Source: an uncultured Myxococcales bacterium (GTDB lineage Bacteria > Myxococcota_A > Polyangia > Polyangiales > Ga0077539). From it: a DNA stretch of 39,983 nt. Shown here piece by piece: positions 35,945 through 39,983 of the stretch. Each line of letters begins with the position of its first letter. Positions within the stretch are counted from its first letter, which is position 1. The stretch lies in contig CBIHQZ010000001.1 of assembly GCA_966212315.1 (NCBI GenBank), positions 1-39,983 of the forward strand. The letters run 5' to 3'. Made by a program: the position numbers and the translations under genes. The notes under the pieces were generated by a model. The model did not search any database and was not told the DNA's origin. It saw nothing but the letters and a program-made list of their open reading frames with translations.

Positions 35945-36625
35945 TCACCGCCTCACCGCGCGCACCTGCGCGAGATCGAAGCGCGGCGCCGGGTGTTTCA
36001 AGAGCGAGTCGTCGTAGTGCGCGCGCGGCGCCCGCTTTCGCAGTACGTCGATCAGCATCAGCAGATTCTCACGCCGCGTCGGACGCAGCGGCACCCCCAG
36101 CGACGCCCACTGGACGCCCTGCTCGGCGAACATCCACGGCATCCCGGCTCGCGCGAAGAGATAGAGCAGGCTCTGCGCCGATCGCTCGTGGGTGGTCTTC
36201 TCTCGCGGCATCGTGACCGTTCCCCGCCCGACACGCACCGCGACTGCCTCCACGCTCGATCGCTCCACCGGAATACTGCTCTTCGCGAGCACCATCGCCA
36301 CGATCTCGTCCCAGCCGAGCCGTTCGCTTCCGGGGCCGTTTGCGTGCAGGCCGGCGTCGTCGATCGAGGGAGAGCGCGCGAGGGTCATGTCGGCGGACGA
36401 CGGAAGCGACTCGTCGTCGAGCCATTCCGCGTCGAATTGCCAGCCGCGCAGCGACGCCACGCAAGCATCCGCCTCGCCGCGGCTCTCCACGCGCGCCACG
36501 ATGTGCGGCAGCGGCGATGCGAGCCAGAGGCGTGCTTCGTACTCCGTTCGTCCGAGCGCCGACGCGAGCCTCGATGTGGTCTCGGCATTCGATGCGGGCG
36601 GCGGGTACAGCACGACGAGCAGCAT
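35945..36625 (-). CDS. hypothetical protein
   Basis: A 226-aa ORF with protein-like composition that fills the gap between the serpin gene and the moxR leader. No motif recognised. Confidence 0.5.
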   Translation of the reverse strand: MLLVVLYPPPASNAETTSRLASALGRTEYEARLWLASPLPHIVARVESRGEADACVASLRGWQFDAEWLDDESLPSSADMTLARSPSIDDAGLHANGPGSERLGWDEIVAMVLAKSSIPVERSSVEAVAVRVGRGTVTMPREKTTHERSAQSLLYLFARAGMPWMFAEQGVQWASLGVPLRPTRRENLLMLIDVLRKRAPRAHYDDSLLKHPAPRFDLAQVRAVRR

Positions 36626-36687
36626 TCAAGAGACGTTACATCGCAAGCGCCGCGAGATCGCGACTGGGGCATTCCGCGGGCGGTGAT

Positions 36688-38412
36688 CTACTCCGGCGCC
36701 CGCAAACGGAACTGGTAGCGCACGTCGACCGTACCCGACGGGGGCGGCGGAAATACCCAGCGGTGAATCGCGTTGATGGTGCACGCGGCCACGACGACGA
36801 CATCGTCCCCCGCGGGTTCGGAATACGGGTGAACCACGTGCCCGATCGCATCGATCGTGAAGCGGATCGTCGCCGAGCCGTTTGCGGTCGGATCATGGGC
36901 GAGCGCGCCGTCGTAGCACCGCGTGACGTCGTTCAAGTGACGAAGCACGACACGGCGGATCTCCTCGGGCGAGAGCGCTCCGACGACCGTCGGCGGCAAC
37001 GCCATGACGCTGGGACCGTTTCTGCGGCGTCCGCGCAGCCCTCGGGAAGGTGCCGGATGAAGCGGGTCGCCCGGCGGCACATCGGGATCATGGGCGGCGT
37101 CGCCCGGCACCGCGGTAGTCCCCGGGTCGACATCCATCACCCGCCCCGCGAACAGCACTGCGTGCGTCGGACGATGACGGATCGCGAAGAAGAACGGACG
37201 ATTCACCATGTAGGCGGGAGGCACGTTCACGCCGGCGTACCCCCCGACGATCGCCGTCGCCGCGGACGCTTCGGTCCCGACCTCGGAGAACTCCACCGTT
37301 GCTTCGTGAACCACCTGGTCCAATCGCAGCGCTTCGCTTCGCGACAGGTTCGCAAGGTTCGGGTGGTCGAATACGTCCCGCAGCCCCGCGTCCGTCAGCG
37401 GCTCGCGCAGCGCCGGGCGTCCGCGCACCGCGATGCGTGGAAGCGTGACCACGACTCGCGTGACGTTTTCGTTCGCACGCTCCGACCACGCATTCACGTT
37501 TTCTTCGGTCAGTCGCGGCGCCAGCGTTTCGAGGGTCGTTCCCGGCCGTGGAAGCACGACGTCGAGCACGAGTCCGCCACCCTCGTAGGGCAGTTCGAGC
37601 AGTTGGACACCCTCGCTGTCGAACAACGGCAACCGCAGATCGCCGTGCATCATCGCGACGGACTTGCTCGTTGTCGGCGTGAGATAGAACCGCCCGGGTT
37701 GCGTCGACGCGGGATCGAAGGGCGTGCGCCATCGACCGAGGAAGTACGCGGCGGTGGTGAGCACGATCCGCGTGCTCGGCAGGAGTTCGCGAAGCAGCTC
37801 CGGGATGTGCCCTTGTGTGCGATCCGCGACCCACGTGTTGATCGTGGCGCGGGCGCCGTCCGTATCGTGGGCGAAGTCGAGCGGCGTCGCGGGCGCGCCG
37901 AAGATGTCACGCATGCGGTCGAGGAATCGCCGTTCGAAGATCACATCGCGCGCCGCCCACACCCGCGCGCCCGACGTGAAGACATTTCCCGGGTGGGACG
38001 ACGTCGCCGCGAGGGTCGCGACGAGTGCCGCGAGGGCCTCTCCGCGCGTATCGATAGCGTCGGTATGGAGCACTGCCCGAAGTTGCGCGGCGGTCGTCTC
38101 GTCCGCGCCTTCTTCGAGCATCGAGAGCCCGCGATGGAGATCGAGAGGACTGATCAGCGCGTTCTCGCGCGTAGGAAGTCGCGCCAGTATTTCGAGCCCG
38201 AACCGCGCGCTCGCGGTGCCGATCGCCCGCTGCGTCGCGGCGTCGACGGCGGGAGGTGCGGGTGAACGCACATCGTCGGCGTCGGGGCCTCGCGATGGCG
38301 GCTGCGATTGCGGCTGTGACGCCGTGCGCGTCGAGTGGCAGCTCGTGGTGAGGGCAAGAGCGCCGAGAACGAGCCCGCGCGAGAACGATGCAACGAATGA
38401 CGGCTTCCTCAT
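36688..38412 (-). CDS. serpin (inhibitory-type hinge) fused to a C-terminal AgmX/PglI-like (TonB-C-like) domain; secreted or lipoprotein
   Basis: ATG 38412 begins MRKPSFVASFSRGLVLGALALTTSC (signal). Serpin-body blocks include NALISPLDL, ATINTWVADRTQGHIPELL and LLELPYEGG. The reactive-centre hinge is EVGTEASAATAIVGG, followed by NRPFFFAIRH. After a Pro-rich linker comes LSPEEIRRVVLRHLNDVTRCYDGAL...ACTINAIHRWVFPPP, the pattern of the myxobacterial AgmX/PglI C-terminal domain. The ORF is open to 38466. Confidence 0.8.
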   Translation of the reverse strand: MRKPSFVASFSRGLVLGALALTTSCHSTRTASQPQSQPPSRGPDADDVRSPAPPAVDAATQRAIGTASARFGLEILARLPTRENALISPLDLHRGLSMLEEGADETTAAQLRAVLHTDAIDTRGEALAALVATLAATSSHPGNVFTSGARVWAARDVIFERRFLDRMRDIFGAPATPLDFAHDTDGARATINTWVADRTQGHIPELLRELLPSTRIVLTTAAYFLGRWRTPFDPASTQPGRFYLTPTTSKSVAMMHGDLRLPLFDSEGVQLLELPYEGGGLVLDVVLPRPGTTLETLAPRLTEENVNAWSERANENVTRVVVTLPRIAVRGRPALREPLTDAGLRDVFDHPNLANLSRSEALRLDQVVHEATVEFSEVGTEASAATAIVGGYAGVNVPPAYMVNRPFFFAIRHRPTHAVLFAGRVMDVDPGTTAVPGDAAHDPDVPPGDPLHPAPSRGLRGRRRNGPSVMALPPTVVGALSPEEIRRVVLRHLNDVTRCYDGALAHDPTANGSATIRFTIDAIGHVVHPYSEPAGDDVVVVAACTINAIHRWVFPPPPSGTVDVRYQFRLRAPE

Positions 38413-38478
38413 CGGGTGCGGACGATACGAGCCCGCCGCCATCGATCTCCCCCGGGCCTTCCGCACGATCGCGACATC

Positions 38479-39306
38479 TCAGCGCACCGCCGACGCGCAG
38501 CGAAACCCGATGCGACTGAGTTGCACGACGTCCCCGCCGCGTCGATTGTCTGCCCGCACGCTGTCTCCATTCGAGTCTTCCCAACTTCCGCCCCGAAACA
38601 CGTGCACCGTTCCGCGCCGCGCGCCTTGCGGGTTCGTGACGACCCCACCCGGATACGGGCCGTAGAAGTCCCACGTCCACTCGAGCACGTTGCCCGCCAT
38701 GTCCTGCAATCAGAATGGACTTGCGCCGGCCGGATGGCTCCCGACGGTGCAAGTGCCGTCGGCCTCGTCGCGGCTCCAGCACAACAGCGTGGCCGCCGGA
38801 TCGGCGTTTCCCCAGGGATAGCTGCGTTCATCCGTTCCTCGCGCAGCGAACTCCCACTCGGCTTCGGTCGGCAACCGAGCATGTCGCCACCCGCAGAACG
38901 CGCGCGCCTGGTTCCAATTCACGCAATTGGCGGGGTGGTTCGGGGCAACACCTGGTCGCGCGTTGCATGCGCCATCGGTCGGCGTCGCCGTGCAATGGCC
39001 TTCCTGCACGCACGTTCGATAGGCGTCGATCGTCACCTCCGTGCGGTCGATGCAGTAAGGCGCGAGATGCACTTCGTGACGCGGCCCCTCGGCGGGATTC
39101 GCTTCGCCCTCGTCGTCCGCTTCGTCACCGGCGACTGCATCGATGCCCATTCGTGCCGTTCCGCCGAGGATCCGCTTCATGCCGTCGGGGCACGGGGACA
39201 CGAACGCGCGTGACACCGCGTGCGGCGTGGTCTGCGACGCGCCGAGGCGAGCGTTCGATGCCACGACGGCGGTGGCGAGGACGATGATCGAGAATCGCTT
39301 CGACAT
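38479..39306 (-). pseudogene. FGE-sulfatase (SUMF1-like) domain protein interrupted by a single in-frame TGA at 38710-38712
   Basis: The signal peptide is MSKRFSIIVLATAVVASNA. FGE-domain blocks are HEVHLAPYCIDRTEVT, NCVNWNQARAFCGW and RLPTEAEWEFAARG. The sequence then reads ...GASPF-TGA-LQDMAGNVLEWT...FRGGSWED...IGFRCA in the same frame. The TGA occupies the position of the conserved Gly in F-G-L-x-D-M-x-G-N-V-x-E-W. Confidence 0.75.
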
Positions 39307-39326
39307 GAAGTCTCTTATGAATCGCT

Positions 39327-39983
39327 CTATCGCGACAGTGTCATCCCGCCATGGGTGATGCCGCGGCAGTGCGGCGATTCCCAGATGCCCGAGAGTCGGC
39401 GGGAGCCCTCGGCGCGAAGGTGATACGTCGACATGCAGGGCTCGCTCTCGGCGCGCGTGATGCGGGTGTCGCGAAGCGTGAGCAGCGTGTGGGCCGCGTT
39501 CCACGAGCCTGCGACCGCGGTCGCGTACGACAGATTGGTATGCCAGGACGCGGTGCCGGAGACGCTGTTGCTCGACGTGCACAATCGCGCGCTCACCCTG
39601 CCGGGCCCGGCGAGGTCATCGAACGTGCCCGACCAGTTCTCGCACGACGATCGTGTCGCAATCGCGACGCCGGCGTCTGCACTCGTTGTCGGCGTCGCTG
39701 CGGGCGCCGTTGGAACGGCCTCGGGCGGCTTCGGATCGGCCGCGGGTGAGATCGGCGCGACCGGCGGCGGTGGTGGCGACGGGTTCGGCATCGCGGCCGG
39801 CGCGGTGACCGCATTCGCGGGACGGTTGCCGGCCATGCGCGCGTGCACCGCGGCGCCGCCCACGCCCGCGAGAATCACCGCGAGCGCAACCGCTCCGCCG
39901 ATTGCGTACGGCATCATCCCGCGCGACGGAGCGGGTGCGGGCACTGCAATCATCGGCGGTGGGGCAACGTGCGGTGCGAGCGA
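39327..39983 (-). CDS. membrane-anchored hypothetical protein (Pro-rich, TM, Pro-rich linker, Cys-containing ectodomain); probably 5'-partial
   Basis: The frame stays open from ATG 39953 to the window end (upstream codons read SLAPHVAPPP). The TM is MPYAIGGAVALAVILAGVGGAAV. The extracytoplasmic domain of about 115 aa has 4 Cys. The layout resembles the post-catalytic part of membrane-anchored signalling proteins, but no catalytic domain is inside the window. Confidence 0.5.
   Translation of the reverse strand, partial: SLAPHVAPPPMIAVPAPAPSRGMMPYAIGGAVALAVILAGVGGAAVHARMAGNRPANAVTAPAAMPNPSPPPPPVAPISPAADPKPPEAVPTAPAATPTTSADAGVAIATRSSCENWSGTFDDLAGPGRVSARLCTSSNSVSGTASWHTNLSYATAVAGSWNAAHTLLTLRDTRITRAESEPCMSTYHLRAEGSRRLSGIWESPHCRGITHGGMTLSR

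Noticed and set aside
38710-38712. The in-frame TGA in the FGE-domain gene read as selenocysteine.
   Set aside because: The position corresponds to a conserved Gly, not Cys. I could not find a convincing hairpin within about 40 nt downstream (UUGCAGGACAUGGCGGGCAACGUGCUCGAGUGGACGUGG). A nonsense mutation or base-call error is more parsimonious.
1-39983. A search by eye for CRISPR arrays, tRNA or rRNA genes, IS elements, integrases, terminal inverted repeats and long direct repeats.
   Set aside because: I saw no regularly spaced repeats, no tRNA-like cloverleaf candidates in the few intergenic regions longer than 100 bp (2509-2607, 4003-4130, 21438-21694, 26711-26852, 35720-35944), and no transposase- or integrase-like ORFs. 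Absence by eye is not proof; tRNAscan, Infernal and ISfinder would settle it.

Overview
This is a very GC-rich, gene-dense chromosomal window. I call 34 protein-coding genes, with nearly every base assigned. I found no rRNA, tRNA, CRISPR array, transposase, integrase or prophage genes. The gene content suggests a Myxococcota-type genome (inference): an AgmX/PglI-type C-terminal domain, a full Bat/MoxR operon, an FGE-domain protein, a serpin and Ala/Pro-rich linkers.

Layout:
- (i) 1-12.8 kb mixes housekeeping genes (prmA, pgi, thrB) with DNA-targeting genes. These are the tail of a DUF790/Bax1-like nuclease, a circularly permuted SPPY DNA methyltransferase preceded by a 1,164-aa protein with no recognisable domain, and a stand-alone type-ISP-like N6-adenine methyltransferase/TRD. 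The last one sits 2 nt downstream of a truncated GAF-PtsP-like protein.
- (ii) 13.7-18.2 kb holds four lineage-specific hypothetical genes.
- (iii) 18.2-26.7 kb holds an S9 peptidase, a cysteine-repeat lipoprotein, Skp/OmpH, a Zn-dehydrogenase, an RsmG-like methyltransferase, a GT-C glycosyltransferase, two tandem SRPBCC paralogs and a single-domain response regulator.
- (iv) 26.9-35.7 kb is an eight-gene moxR-DUF58-DUF4381-batA-batB-batC-batD-batE operon chained by 4-nt start/stop overlaps.
- (v) 35.9-40.0 kb holds a hypothetical gene, a serpin fused to an AgmX/PglI-like domain, an FGE-domain gene interrupted by one in-frame TGA, and a membrane-anchored protein running off the window.

The best candidate for an undescribed system is the giant-protein plus permuted-methyltransferase pair (2608-7625). 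The methyltransferase carries a G8 slippage-prone tract. The type-ISP-like methyltransferase/PtsP-like pair is second. All family assignments come from motif recognition by eye; no searches were run.
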